A DNA stretch of 63,232 nt, filler included, from Ionaspis alba (Eukaryota), in NCBI GenBank assembly GCA_964255285.1. It is 5 parts of 5 records of this genome, joined end to end, with 100 filler letters (N's around TTAATTAATTAA, not from the genome) between each part and the next. Parts side by side here need not be neighbours in the genome. Positions count along the whole stretch, not along the records: positions 12,694 to 25,283 come from CAXUUL010000501.1; positions 25,384 to 37,964 come from CAXUUL010000502.1; 3 more parts are not named here. One strand, given 5' to 3'. Position 1 is the stretch's first letter, and each line of letters begins with the position of its first letter. A program made the position numbers and the translations under genes. The notes beneath the pieces are model-generated. The model saw nothing but the letters and a program-made list of their open reading frames with translations, did no database searches and was not told the origin of the DNA. This document shows, in pieces, positions 22,255 through 36,618 of this stretch.

Positions 22255-24178
22255 ATGGCTCTTCTGTCGTTCGTAAAGGACCGTTCAATGGCTGAGCCTC
22301 CGCCGAGGCGGGAGGAGGGCCTTGTCGCGATTGAGGCGCCCATGATGCCATGTAATAGCTGTCGCACTCAAAGAATCAAGTGCGATGGCAACGCGAAGGC
22401 TTGCACGAGACCTGGCGTCGGAGCAAATGCGGTCTTAGAACAGCTGTTTACCAAGCAAGGCGTGTCCGTCGACGGCACTGACACAACTCTCTCAGTTTCT
22501 CCTAGTTTCCACCTGAATTCTACTCCTGGTATGTTCCTATTTGAAACGAAGCGGACTTGGCTCACATGCTAGAAATATCAACCGCCCCGCCTTCCTACCT
22601 TGATTATGCACCTCGCGGTGGGCCAAAAACGGGTTCATATGAAGCATGCCTGAACAAGCTCGGCTTCCTTCCAGAAAACCATAACAGTTTGCCACTCAAT
22701 AAGCGCGGCAAGCTCATTCAAGCCTTGAGAGAACACACGCTTGAACCTAAATGCACTTATCTTATGAAGGAAGACAATGAAGCGGCATTCAACTCCTTGG
22801 TTGATGGGTTTCTCCACAAATACGGTTCTGAGTTTTGGGGACCAGGCAATCGAAATCATCTGGTAGAGAAGGACCCTTCCCACGGCTTCCTCTATCCCCG
22901 AGATGCGCAGCGTAAGGGCTCGAGGTAAGTTTAGAGACTAGGTACTTTATGTCAGTGTTTCTTTCTGACTAGCATGGAAGCTTCTTGCGGGCCATTGAAG
23001 AGCTTTTCAATTACAAGGCAACCACTGCTACTAACAACGACGTAAGCAGTCACCTTATGTTGGGAGTCTCTAAGCTAATACAACAGATGCATCAGCGCAA
23101 AAAAAGGACTGAGCACCAGGTGAAGCGACACATCGACTTCACGGCATTAGATCCCTCAACAATCAATAGCCCAGAGCCAACAGGACGGTTGGAGGTTGAG
23201 TCGCAGAGCGGACCAAGTCGTCACAGAGAACGAGCGAAAAAGACACAGAGCGATGACTCTGACTGTGATCGGCCACTACCGCCGAAAGCTAGGTATTTCC
23301 ACGAAACACGGTCCACATTCTCAGACGGAATTGCAAGTACGTTGAAATCAAAGCACCCGACTCACACGGAACGCCATGGAGAAGAGGGTCGGGATGATGA
23401 GGACGACGTGGATCAGCGTCTGTCGTCGCAGCGCAGAAAAGTCAGATCCCTGGACGTGCATGCACGCATTGGCAGCAGTCGGAAACCCAATAATCCGGAA
23501 ATCCCACAAACGCCTAAAGCCGCGAGAAAAGCGGCTCAAGGCACTGGCCAAACTGGTCAGATATCTAGTATATCTATAAAATCATCACAAGCGGTCCCGC
23601 CATCAACGCCTAGGCGGTCCGCACGAGAGCAGATGGCGAGAAGCCGTCCAGCCGACTCTTCGAGCTTCTTTGACGTCCCTCTGTTACCGTCTGATCTTGA
23701 AAGTAGTGAGGAGAGCGATGAGGAGCCTATTGAAGTCCAGGCACCTTCTCTGCCGGCGCAATCCCAGTTGAGAAAGCCTAGTCGTCATTTTACACATTCA
23801 GGTGCCACCAAAAGCTCGAAGCAAGTATCATACAAGCCTACTTTGCTTTCGTACGATGTCACATCTGGTACCAAGCTCAAGGTCATCGCCAGCAGTCAGC
23901 AGAACATGGCCCCTGTCACCGTACGACTCACGTCCTACAAACCGGAGGACAATCTCTTCGATTTTCTCGCAGCAGAATGCGAATTGGGTCCGAAGGTGAA
24001 GGTCACGGCAGTCTCAGCAACGTACTCTTGGGAGCAAACTCCGCATCGACTTCGAAAACACAGGCTCGATGAGGACTGGGAAGTATTCTGTGACACTTTA
24101 CGACAGGCTTGGGAGCGTCTTCCTGATCCCACGAAGGGTGGACTTGAGGTGACTATGCTTCTTCATGTTGAAGAATAA
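22255..24178 (+). CDS. Hypothetical protein with a degenerate Zn2Cys6-like N-terminal motif, ~4 exons
   Basis: Three ORFs are joined by introns 22529-22572, ~22925-22980 and an in-frame intron ~23042-23087. Motif CNSCRTQRIKCDGNAKAC. Start may be 22288. Confidence 0.65.
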
Positions 24179-24391
24179 GAATTGATGCATACCATACGCA
24201 CCTTGCTACCTCAAGGGGAAGTCGCCGGTCAGCACATGAACAACAGAGCAAGATGGTATTGGTAACGATTGTAGAGGGCTCAATGGTGCTTGCATGCAGC
24301 GGAGATCTTTGCACAAGTACGACTCGGCCACCAAAGGCTTGCGATGGTCTAGTATTCCTCTTACTAGATAAATCTCTCAACAACTCCCTGT

Positions 24392-25166
24392 TCAACGATT
24401 AAATAGCCTGCTGAACATGCCACCCGCCAGGTTTCTTGCCAAACCTCCAGAGTATAGAGTACTAGAGGCCAAATTGGAAGCTTGGCTGAACTTATCGCAC
24501 CTGGAAAACGCGATGGTGTTCGTAATAGTGAGAATCAATGCGACGACTAGTACAACCTCCATCAGCGATGTCCTGCACGGACGTGAGTACCAAGGTCAAC
24601 CCACCAATAATGCTCAGCCACATAAAACTGAGTTTAAGAATAGCCATGATGGCCAGCCCAACCCAGAGCGCTGGCTGCACATATAATGACAACCAGAAAA
24701 ATCGACTATCCGTTTTGTTGCCATTGTCCCCTCTTCCTCCAGCTGACTCAAACACCCACGTAGAATCGCCCGTGGAGATATTGACTTCATTCCACCATCG
24801 TAGACCGACAAGCCGCCGTCCCGCTATGTTCTTCAGGTAATAGAAATCAACTGAGAGGAGGAGTATGGTAAGGATGAAGATAAGGACGCTGGAGAAACGT
24901 CAGCCTAAGGCGGCGTGCATACGGAGAAGAGTGCCATGAAGAAAAATGGAAAAAGAGGAGCTTAGGGGGGGCATACAAGTTGTGGGAGAAGAGACCACCG
25001 AAAAGGTAGATGAGTAGGCTTGCTATGAAAAGACTGTGGTTAGTTGGAGCTATTTGATTGGGTATGGATGGCTACACTTACAGATCCGGAACCCAAGGAA
25101 GCAGAGTAGCGTTACTGGATGTGAGCTAAGACGCCAGCTGAGATCGCCTTGTCGGGGCTCCTCCAT
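24392..25166 (-). CDS. TVP23: Golgi membrane protein Tvp23, multi-exon
   Basis: [35 protein letters not shown] and [10 protein letters not shown] motifs, with canonical introns. Confidence 0.92.
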
Positions 25167-25283
25167 GAAGTAGAAGCTTGTGCTTGAATATTGACAGAAG
25201 TGTGGTTGAAAGATATGGGGCTACGTGTAAGAACCGCACCCTTGGTATTGGGGAGCTGATCCCTGCCGCGACTGCGGAAGGCG

Positions 25284-25383
25284 NNNNNNNNNNNNNNNNN
25301 NNNNNNNNNNNNNNNNNNNNNNNNNNNTTAATTAATTAANNNNNNNNNNNNNNNNNNNNNNNNNNNNNNNNNNNNNNNNNNNN
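25284..25383. other. Assembly gap with artificial linker
   Basis: N run containing TTAATTAATTAA. Confidence 0.95.
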
Positions 25384-25614
25384 CTATAGCTGTTGTCAAG
25401 GCCTATGATTCACTCCTAGTGGCTGTCGTTGCCTCGACCGATATCGCTCATGCTTGATTCTGTTTACAAAATGAATCTATCGCTAGCTCTGTAGAGTGTG
25501 ATCTTGATAGGAAGCGGAAGTGCTGAGGTGAACAATCAAGCCCTAGAGTTCTTTGCTGGGACCCTGCCATTAAAAAAATATCTCTGATTCTAGTCCATGG
25601 ATGATCTAGGATTT

Positions 25615-27631
25615 TTAGGTACCTGCTGCAGATACCTGATCACTAATAGCAGCGAGACCTTCCCCTTGATCTCTGCCGTTGTTGTCATCAAGATCTCCGT
25701 TGTCGGCATCGTATAGACCATCAGACTTCATGAATTTCTCCCCTTTTGCATCTGTTTCTGCTTCGATCTTGATGTCATCCTGGACTTCACAATCCTTCAA
25801 CACAGATTCTCTGTCGATTTGACATCTCCTGCCGAGGATACACCCTGTGAGCTGACATCTCTCGCCGACCACGGCTCCGTCCATCAGGACGCAGCGCACC
25901 AATCTCGCTCCAGCCTTTATATGACAGTTGGCACCAACGACGGACTCCTTGACGACGGACTTCTCCTCGACGGTGACATTTTCGGCCAACAAGCTGTCCG
26001 TCTTCGTTATGGTACAGCGCTGGCTTGCTACACCTTCCGGATAAGCGATTTTCTGTTGATGTGCAAAGGGCGAGGAAGCGGCCTTTCCGACCTCTTCGAT
26101 GGCCTCCAGTTTCGCCAGTTTCAATGACACCGAGAGGAGGAGCGCAGCGGTATCGACTCTGCGTATCAGAGGCGCGTCGGTAGTAGAAGGCTGAATATAG
26201 GCCAACATTGGTGGAATCATCAGCTCCCGTTTAGCAGTAGACTTGATTTCTTTCTCCGAAAGGGAAGGCGTGGACATGCGCGATGCCAATATCGCTCCAG
26301 AATCCTTTTTTAAATCGTTCTTCAGATTGCTAGTACGTGTGGAACTGAGACTCCCAATATCCATCTCGGCCTCGGCCGGATCATTGCGATGTCCTATTAC
26401 AACTCCACGAGATTCTTGTGGCCTGCCGAGGACGTCACGCAAACCAAGTTTGTCTCCTAGACCTTCTTGCCATCCAGCCTTAGCCCACCAGCCAACCACG
26501 TCTTCACTAATGCTATTCATAGTCTCGTTATTCTGTATCATGTCAAGGACCCAATGTGGGAAGAAATAGATGTGCGCATCCCGATACGTAGTCAACATCC
26601 TAACCCTTCCATACTTCCTGATCAGACCGTGTCGTATAGGAAATCCTTTCTTTTCCTCAGTGATATCGTTGAGGGTGTCAGTCGGGGTCGAGTAGACTAA
26701 TCTGGAGAGGCTCGACCTCAGTGAACCGTCTGAAGGCAGCACAGCCGGCTGCTCAAGAGGTGTAATCATAACGAAATCGGTTTCATCACCCTTCGCACTT
26801 CCTTCAACCTTCGTCTGAAACCACACACCTAAACCTCCTCTCCTACCACCACCCTCTCCACCAATCCCCATACTGGGTCCTCTATAGTCAGAGCTCGCTG
26901 CAGATGCTCCACCAAGCGCAGCTTGCTGAACCATCCATGTCTCGAGAAGAGATTCTCCAGGTAGTTCACAGATAAGATCGCATGGGAGAATAAGAAAATC
27001 CCCAATAATTGCTGTTCGGACTTCAGGGAGGCGAAGTATTTCAGCAGTTCCACTTGTCTGAGTGAGCTGCTCTGGAGCAAGAATGTCTGCTCTAGGTAAC
27101 GGTAGTGACGTGAGATGAGGATTCTGAGATAGAGCTGCTTCGATCGCTTTGGCGGACGATGGAGGTGTTATGAGGTGTATATCTAGACACAGAGTCAGTA
27201 CAGACTGGCTCCGTAGTTGGAAGTATCATCACGATAATATCAAAAGCATCGACTGAGCTTGGGTCCGGAATTGATGGAGATGTATCAAAGGCGCTTAGGA
27301 AAAGGAAGCCGCAAGACAGCGATGATCATTAAATCACCAGATACAACAACTATGAATAAGTTGCACTAACGTACATTTGCGACCCACAGCACTTCACACA
27401 AGATTCAACATCCCATCGGTAATGCTCAAGTAGAGTATAAAGACACATACTTGTAATCCCCATCCGGTAACACCAATCCAGAGGGTACCATATCATGGGT
27501 CGATTGGCAATCGGGATCAGGGCTTTTGGAAACTCTGCTGGGTTCGCTGTAAAAGTGTTGAAGGAAACACCAGGCCCACAAAGTATGAGAGCTTGAAAGC
27601 CTGGTGAAGGCATAGTAACAGCATGAGGCAT
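25615..27631 (-). CDS. GCD1: Translation initiation factor eIF2B gamma subunit
   Basis: FQALILCGPG..PKALIPIANRPMIWYPLDWC N-terminus and C-terminal hexapeptide beta-helix. Intron 27183-27450. Confidence 0.92.
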
Positions 27632-27988
27632 TTTTTTCTAAAACATCAAATCTATATTGTGGGAAAGAGTGCAGCCTTGGACAAGTAATTTCGTAGATAA
27701 CGGACCACCACAGTATCATCCTCTTGACCAAGAGCTATGACTTAATGTTTCTGGTAGAGTGGAGCAGAATATTTCCTGATTTTGCATGGCAATCGCAATG
27801 TTGTATGACCATGTTTCTCCTCAATTTTCGTGTTCTGATTCATTCTCAGCCTTATGAAATATCGGCCCCGCCCAGCCCTTGAACCCAGCTCTCTCGGCCA
27901 ACGCGACAGCTCAATTGGACCGTTGTGTTCCCACAGCTTTAATTCCACTCTCTATGAAACTGGCGTATGACATTGACTCTCAGTATCT

Positions 27989-29331
27989 ATGTCTTATCAC
28001 TACGAATCACAGCGACGTCGACAAGGTTATGGCGCGTCGGGACCGAGAAGCGCATTTGGGTACTGGGTGCCTCTCGCTCTAACCGTGACTGTGGCTACGA
28101 TTGGACTTGCTGCTTGGATATGGAGCGAGCGCAAAGATGAAGATGATGAGTATGACCGAGACAGGAGAGACGATGGGCGACCTTCGCCCATCTACGGAGA
28201 TCTTGGCCCTGGCCAAACATCATACGCGCAAGGCGCTCAAGGCCATCCTGGCCCACCCGCAGAAGACGCAAGTGTTATTGCCCGCATGTCTGGGGCACTG
28301 CGGCGGACTCCAAGTCCGCAGCAGATGCTTGACGGCGCGAGCCGTCGTGTAGCGGCTGGTGTTGCTGCTGCGGGTGCTGTGGTTGGAGGTGCTCTGTCAT
28401 CCATTAGGGAGGAAGACAAAAAGGATTTTGAAGACCACTCGAGATGGTCCGAGGAAGCAGAGGCGCGTGTTGAAGGTAGCCTGGCATCAGGGGGTCCTAG
28501 AATGGCCTCAAATGTGGATGCACCAACGCGCCAAATGCCTCTGCCACAGAAGCCAGACGACAGGAGGAAGGCTGTAGCTATTGTTGTATCGGCAGAAAGG
28601 AAACATCACGGAAACCATGATGAGGAGGTGGCATACATTCAAGAACATGCTGTAAGTGATCAAGGTCTCTGGATGCATTCTAGGATCAATTAATGACCAT
28701 GTAGTCAATCTTATCACATCTGCCTGAGCACATCGATGCGGATTCACGCGTTTTCATCTTGATATACTCCCCTGATCTGAAGCAGCATCCACTGGCAGCC
28801 AAATCAAGCCCCCCGCGTCCCGCAGCTTCGATCACTTCATCATATTCCAATATCGGGCAGGAAGATCTTCAGACACCCGCAGAAGAGGTGGATAAACCCC
28901 TCGCAAACATCGGTCCATATCCTGCATTACCACGCCAATCGGAAATGTTTACTGCTCTATATGCCCAAGCGCAAACGCTCGTCGAGAAGGAGACTATGAT
29001 TATGCCCTTCACAACGCTCACTGGTTACGTCCACCTACTTCGTCACATCGCCCCAGAAGTCGTGTACGTACAAGCTACACTCTCGGGACCTGGCGGGGAC
29101 GCGGTGAAACACATCTCTGGTTGGGTCGGTCAAGTGGTCCTTGTGGTAGGGGACGAGACTGGGCATGGGGGGCTTGTTGACAGCGAGGATGAGCGAGGAG
29201 CTTCTGGAGATGAAATACAATCAAAATGGTGGCAGCATGATCCGAGAATTGGGCTTGGAAAAGGTATTGAGGTCGTGGATGGGCTAAGGGTCGGGGAAGA
29301 CTGGAGGAGACGAGTTCGTGGACATGACTAG
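27989..29331 (+). CDS. Pex22-like peroxisomal membrane protein of filamentous fungi
   Basis: N-terminal TM segment GYWVPLALTVTVATIGLAAWIWSER and C-terminal WVGQVVLVVGDE..GGLVDSEDE. Intron 28652-28704. Confidence 0.7.
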
Positions 29332-29936
29332 CGATATTCTACCAATTTTTGAAATCTGGGAGTCTAGGTACTGGGCTGTTCGTAAGGATTCGCGGTGCAT
29401 TTTCTAGGGTAGAGAAATTGCTGTAAAGTATTCTTTTCGGCGAGCGTCGTCAAGGAGAGCATTAGAACTCCATTCAGAAGACCTTGACTAGTTCTCAGTG
29501 ATTTGCTCCATATATATTCTACAGTGGACACCAGCCTAGTCACAAGTTTTGGACCGCGGCCGGAATCCTGACATGTGCCTGCGGGAGCCGTAGGGCTGTG
29601 CAGACGACATTAGCGCGGGAGCGCTTTGTTCGTTCAGACGACCATCACCACCAGTATTATTCTTCAATTTGACTCTCCATATCCCTTCGAGGCACAGATT
29701 CTTGCCTGTAAAAGTCTAGCCAATGAGAGGATAGTCATACCCAGAGTGGCTATCTTCTCAAATTTGCTCTTTATTTTCCCCGCGAAGATATCACACCACG
29801 CCTTGTCAATTTCCCCTCATGTTGCCAAAAGGCAATTTACCACGTTCGGAGAGGACCTCTGCCCTTTGACGATTCGGAATCTACCTTCGAACAGAAGCTC
29901 TCATCACACTCCTTGTAGTCTGAATTAGGAATTGCG

Positions 29937-32812
29937 ATGGCGACCGCTGTCTCAGCAAGACCGGCTCCACCTACCCAGCATCAGAAATTGAAACGACCAC
30001 CACCTTCAGCTGTGCAGACTTCCATTAACGGGGTCAAGTCCTCACAATCATCGCCCTCTCCGTCGCTGAGCTCAAAGCGCCCTCCATCAGGCTTTCAACA
30101 CCCACAGAAACCTGGTGCGACAGGTGGGAGCATCTCCGCGAATCTAGCAGCAGCTCGCGCAGGCAATCGACGTCGTGAATCACAGAAGCCTGGTGATAAT
30201 GGCGGTCGTCCTTCAAGGACTGGCAAGGGCGCTGCAGGCGAAGGAATGAACGGGGAGCGAAGAACTGGCAAAAGGATTTGCGAACCCCTCGGTATATTCT
30301 GCTTGTCCGCCTTGTCTACCTCTCGTACATTGGAATTGACAAGTCTAATAGTCAAAACTACACCGTACATGCTCAAGAAATATCGCAAAGCTCCCCCGTC
30401 CCTGGTGCTTCATCTACACCCCACACATTTCCGGTTCGATCAACAGGATGGAAGCTTTTCATACAATTCCTCAATGAAGATACTGCTTGAGCATATCAAG
30501 TCTCAGACAGTACCACATGACATGCTTGAGGAGCTCAAGCAAGCAGGCATCAGATTTTACGAAAGTCGGTCTGTCCCATACATTGGCCGTAATCCCGTTC
30601 TAATGACCGCGTCCTAGATTGCCTCATTGTCCAGATTCAGGACCATAGAACCAACTCAGCTACATCCCAGACGACCTCTTCTATCGCAAATCAAGACAAG
30701 AACATCCCATTCTCGATTCATAATTACAACGAACACCTCACGCCGTCACCATATGTACCTTACCCAAAATCTAAAGTCAGTGGAAGAAACGAAAACGGTC
30801 AGGCACCGACCGGTCCAAGGGTAACGGGCTCTGATATCATTGCGCAAGAGGCTGAGCAAAGTAACGAGCCTGCTAGCGGGCAAGTGTCTGGATCTACTAC
30901 CAGTGATCCAAGCAAAGGCCCGAAGATCTTTACAACTGTCCTCTTCTCCACCCCGAAATCACTGGATGAGGATATCATAACGATGGCTCATATGCTTGAC
31001 GGGCGATCTACCGGCCGTAAACAATCACAGATCAATGCCCGACCACCTCCTTCCGCCACATTATCGCACCCTCCGACTCCTTCATCAGCTGTTCCTCCGA
31101 CCCCAACGTCGTATGGGCCTCCGACGAAGAAGCAGAAATTGCTATTCACAGGCAATGACTTAGCTGCGGCGGAAGGGAAGTTGATTGCAGCCACTGCACC
31201 TCCTCTGTTCCTCGATCCCGTGGATTGCAGAGAGGACGCCCTGGAACTTCTACTTCAGCTCCAAGACCCGTTGTTCTGTAGCGAGCTTCCAGCACAAAAG
31301 ACACGAAAGAGAACTGTGCGTGAGCTCGAAGCCGATGAAGCTCTAGCCGCAGCGGAACAGCAGTTCATGCTAATCATGGACGAGCGGCTGGTACCTTCTG
31401 CCACTGGTACTGGTGCAAGCAATGCCACTGCGACAGATGGCGACACCAGCGCTGCATCATTTGAGCCACGATTCGAAAGATTTAAAGCCATTGAAGAAAT
31501 TAAACTTGCCCTTCAAGAGAAGGCTCACCGGGAAGCAGAGGTAAAGGCTCAACAGGTTGCTCACCAGCAAGCGGCCAAAGCACGACAAGACCAGCAACAA
31601 CGAGAAGCGTTGGCAGACCAGCAGAGGATAGCTCAAGCCAGAAGAGAAAAGGAGTTGCATATTCGCCAGCTGCAGAGTGCGCAGATAGCCCAGCACAACC
31701 ACCAGATGATGCAACAACAACACCATCTGCCCCTAGGTGCTAATCAGCACGCTCACCCTCAGACATCGAACGCAATGATGCAGAACTCCCATTCTCTAGC
31801 GGTATCTCAGGCTCACCACTCATCACCGGTCATTCGCAATATGACACCTCACAATAACTCCTCGCCTCTCGTTGGAAATAGTATCATGAGCCATGGTAGT
31901 CACGGAGTGCCTATGAATGCCACCTCATCTAACCAGGGTACAGGAAGTCCACCTCGTCCAGGCTCTACTGTCCAGCACGGTCATCCGCCCGGACCTGCCG
32001 GCATGACTAATCAGAGGAGCCAGCAGCCTCCAAGCCGTAATGGAACCCCTCAAATGCCGAATGGAACACCTCGATTGCCGCAGTCTACACCCGTGATGCG
32101 CAATGTCACGCCAACTCCGAGAATGAGCCACGCAAGTCCAGGTTCTTCGGCGATGGCAGCAACGCCTGTCATAGGCCATTCTATGATGCCCACGCCGGTC
32201 ATGAACGGGCAACATCTTACACCACAACAGCAGCACATGTTCCAACAGCAGCAACAGCAGCAACGGCAAAATGCTATGGCTCAACACCAGGCTATGCAAG
32301 GCTCGCCTCAGAATGGGCAAGCTGGACAAAATTTGCAGCAGCAGGCTGCACACCGTGCTCAGCAGCAGCAGGCCCAAATTTATCGACAGCAGCTCCAAAA
32401 CATGACACATCAACAGATGAGCAATGTCGCCGCTGGCAACTCTCAGTATGCAGGGAGTAGTATGGGAATGCAGTCCCAGAATCAGATGCCCATGCCCCCG
32501 CAAACTCCCCAGCAGCTACAAGCAACCCAAGCCAATATGTGGGAAGCCCTGGGCAGGAAAATCATGCGCGATACATACAACAATTTACTTGCCGGTGCGC
32601 AGAGCCAGTACGGAGCGAACGTTCCCGGACAGGTGGTCCAGAATCTCAAAGACCAGGCTGTCAATCAAGCCAAGATCTTGGTGCAGAGACGAAAGCATGA
32701 GCATTTTGCGAGGCAACAGCAGATGCAGCGAGCGGCTATGATGGGCCAGATGCCGAATGGAGGTATGACGAGTGGGGCAATGAACGGTATGAATGGTGTG
32801 AACGGGAGGTAG
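29937..32812 (+). CDS. SPT20: SAGA complex subunit Spt20
   Basis: PPSLVLHLHPTHFRFDQQDGSFSYNS and FEPRFERFKAIEEIK motifs with a Q-rich tail. Introns 30292-30351 and 30565-30617. Confidence 0.9.
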
Positions 32813-34614
32813 TGCTTGGGATGGGATACTGTTACGAGGTGGATGTGACGTAGTAATAGGAGGCGCTTCGGGAGGGCCGAGTTTCCATCCTGTGGAAAGT
32901 TTTTGACTAAGTCCCTGATTTTACTACCGAACATGTACGACCGGTAACACGACGTTGGTCATGAAAAACTATCATTACTACCATGGTTGAACACTTGATT
33001 ATGTTTCCTGGAAGTCGCTCCCGATATACTGATGATCAAAATAGAATAGTGAGGTGAGGAGCTTGCCAAGCCGAAACGAAGTACTCAGACGTCCGATATG
33101 CACAGGAAGCCGTTGACCTAACGGCTTCGAAGTTCCTTGTCGGCTCCACTCGCCTTCGATCTGCGCATCTTCGCAACCCCATCCGATTTGACAGAGCAGA
33201 TCTCGAAGTCTAGTTCAATGTGGGTACGGCGGCATTGCATGAAAATCGGACCTAATTTTCTGTCGTGTGATGTGCAACAACTACATTCGAAAGGAAAGTT
33301 CTACCACAAGGAACAGGCTAAGCTGCTTTCCTGCAACTATCAAGTTCCTGTCAAATGCTGTTCTTGTTCACGATTCTGGACAGGTGCTGTGCTGTGGTGG
33401 TGGGATGTTTCAAAGGAGGGCTGGGATGACATTGATATCGTGCAGCAAACGTGCATACAGTTTCTGCAGGGCGTGGAGATCATTTTGTCCACACCCTGCC
33501 GGTCGTTGGTAAGGATTCACAGCCGCATCTGCACCTAACCCAAACCGTCCGCGGTTTTTTATTCATTCTAAATATTTCCTCGCACGGACTGCCTACTCCA
33601 TTTCTTTCCTGCTCTCATTCCGATCGGAGCCTGCTCCGCATGTTTCAGTGTGGCTGCATCATGGATCGCGGCCTATGGTTGGGTTTATTGATGGGATTTC
33701 GCGACCGTTATTCGCCGACTGGCATGATGCACAGGCGCAAATCCAAGCAGTATTCTCCAGGTTCACTGAAAGCGCACTGTCGTCAGATGACACCGAGCTT
33801 TCTGCTTGTGCATGTTGCAATATCTACGGAGAAGTAGAGGAGAAAATAGACCAAATTTGAGCTCTTTTCGCCGACTCCTTTCCACCATCAAAGTCACGTT
33901 GATCAGGATTTCGATGAGCTTAGCGGAAGGTGACCTCTCGATGTACTCGAAGCTTGTTCCTTAGAAGCTGTTCCGAGATCTGTTGGTCATTGGCCAAACA
34001 AATGCTGGATTGTGGAAATCGATGGGCTGCGAGGAATGCCCATAGCTCTTTCACCATACCTGCATGGGTTCATAGAGTTTTTGTGGAGCACCGGCCATTT
34101 GATTGCAGGCAATGTTTCATCCCACCACTGCGTCCGTCGAGTCAACGGCTATGCTTCCCCACAAAACATTCCCTAACGGCGATTAAAAGGGGTGGGGGCT
34201 ACACAAGGTCCTGGTCTAAGCCCACACCAAGTTCTCCTGCAAGGTGTACGTACCGACTCGCACAGGTTTTCTTTGGCGGGTATATGATCTGCCTCCTTCA
34301 TAAGTTGATTCATCTTGGAGATTGCATCTGGACTCTGAACATGCCCTTGCTGACTGCTATCTTTTCCCCGCAAGACCCGTCAAATACTGTATATATCCAG
34401 TGTATCTTTCTCGAACCGCTCATTTGACCTTTCAGCTTTTGGTGCCGGCCCAACTGTCAAAACTTTTGTTGTCCCAATCCACGTAGCGCCATTGACGTTG
34501 CCACATTCCTCACGCCGTGCGTTCCAACAGTGTCAAGACCACAGCCTTCCGCCCTACGTCGTTATCAAATTCCGGACACGCAGACCCCAGATTGCTCGTC
34601 CGCACGTTGAAGCC

Positions 34615-36125
34615 ATGGTCTCAACCTTATATACTCCTCCCAATCCTGATAATGGCACCTTCATGGAATCATTGTCTAACTGGTCTCCTCATTCCTCGTC
34701 ACAACATATCATGGATCCGAACCACGAAATGTAAGCCAAATCCCGACTTCTCGACGTGAGCCTATCTTTTGGATCAAGCTCTATGACAACTAACATGGTC
34801 TCAGTATGGATCCCAATGTCCAGATCAATCCTGCCAACAATATCACTGTCGATCCCGGTCTAGACTCTCCCTTCAACTTCAATAGGTCCAATGAACTTGA
34901 TCACAGCTTTTATGCTTCAAGCTCTAGCATCAGCTCGAGTTTCTCCTCCGCAGGTCCTCTGACCCCTTCTCCATCAACTCCATCCTCTTCCCGTCGCCCA
35001 TCCACCGTCTCTACCGCCTGGGGTTCTCAATTTTACTCCGAGTCGTCGTCAATTGCCGCCACTGGTCCTCCGACCCCAAATCGTGAACATGTATTGTTCT
35101 CTTTGGACCCCTTTGGTCTCAACAATCAGCTCTCCAATGTGGTTGGGAAAGACAATCTTTCCTTCTTGGCGGGTACTCCAGCCTACGGCACGGAAGACCC
35201 GTTCATGACATTACCATCCCACGGCTTACCGATTCGACATGACGAAATAGATCTTTCGTTGATGGACTTCGACCGAGTGAAAATGGACCTGGTTGTCCAG
35301 ATGCCTGATCCGTTCGTGGATGCTCCTCGGATGTCCAGATCCTCTTCGGGTATTGCGGTCGATCAATGTCTCTCACGAGCTATGTTTGGCACCTCTGAAC
35401 TGGCATCCGACTACCAAACTCCTCTTTGGCCTCCTTCAGCCATCGATCCATCTCCTACCACCATAGTTCCATCCCAAACGATCACATTACCTACGACTCC
35501 TCAAAAGCAAGTCACAAGTACAATGAAGACGCCTGTGAAAGATGAATTCGCGTCGTCTTCGCTGATCTCCGAAGATGAAGGCAGCTTACCACCCGGCTTC
35601 AGTCCCCTAGATACAAGTTCTCCTTCTGTCAGGCTCACGTGTCCGAAAGTTGAGAGTCCACCACCCAAGCCAAAGAGCCGGAGACGATACCAGCAACAAG
35701 CCGAACGAATCACGACCAGGCGGGGCGTCACCTATACCGTATCGTCCACCTTCAAGAAGACCCCCCAAGATGATCCCTGCATGGAGTGGATTCCGGACGA
35801 CAATCATCCAGAAGGTGGCCAACACTGTACGGCTGTCTTTAGGCGTTCCGAGCACCTCAGCCGCCATCGTCGAACGCACAGACCCGACGAGAAGAAGTGG
35901 CCATGCCCCTTCCCTTTATGTGACAGGGTGCTCACCCGCAAGGACAATCTCCCACCGCATTTCATGACGCATCGCCAGGGATCCGGCAAAGGACGAGGCT
36001 CGGGTCGGAACATCCGGGTATCAGACGAGGAAGCAGATCGACTGGGTCTTTTTGGACCCAAGCCATCGAAGCAGCGCAATAAGAAGAATGTGGCTGCTAA
36101 AAGAAGTGTGGATAGGAGGACATGA
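34615..36125 (+). CDS. Two-finger C2H2 transcription factor, BrlA-like
   Basis: FRRSEHLSRHRRTH and CPFPLCDRVLTRKDNLPPHFMTH..GRN. A short 5' exon (ATG 34615 or 34663) is joined through intron 34731-34804. Confidence 0.8.
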
Positions 36126-36618
36126 TTGTCTTAATGTAGTAAGAGGAAAGGATGGACAACGCAAAGCCTATGAGGATAGTCGAATGGTAAGTAGGGGCTT
36201 TGAAGAAGGACAAAAGCGATCTCGAGCATTGCTTCACTTGAGTTTCATGTCTTGTAACTCTTGTTTCTGGGTCAAACCCTCCGTGGTGAGGAAAATTTCG
36301 GATACTCTACTGTTACGAGTTCATGATTTGGACGTCGTTACGCGCTCAATGTATGGCGGGCTACCCTGTCTTTGATACCCTTGAGTCCGGGGAATAGATA
36401 TATGTAGTAATGTAATTGCACTTGATCCGATCACAATGAGGTGAATTAAATCGAGGATGCAGGCACATGGAAACTCTATCAGCATGTCGGATAGAGCTCT
36501 GCCATATCTCGACATTAGGGTTCTCGGCATGACCGCGTGCGGACGAAGCCAGCGCTTCAAAGGCGACAATCTGGTAAGAGACTTTGTGCCGTTGTAGTAA
36601 TTGAGATGAAAACCTGGT

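Noticed and set aside
33137..34427. ORFs of 128-165 aa upstream of the C2H2 gene
   Set aside because: Non-ATG starts and Cys/Trp-rich random-like composition; more likely regulatory or leader sequence.
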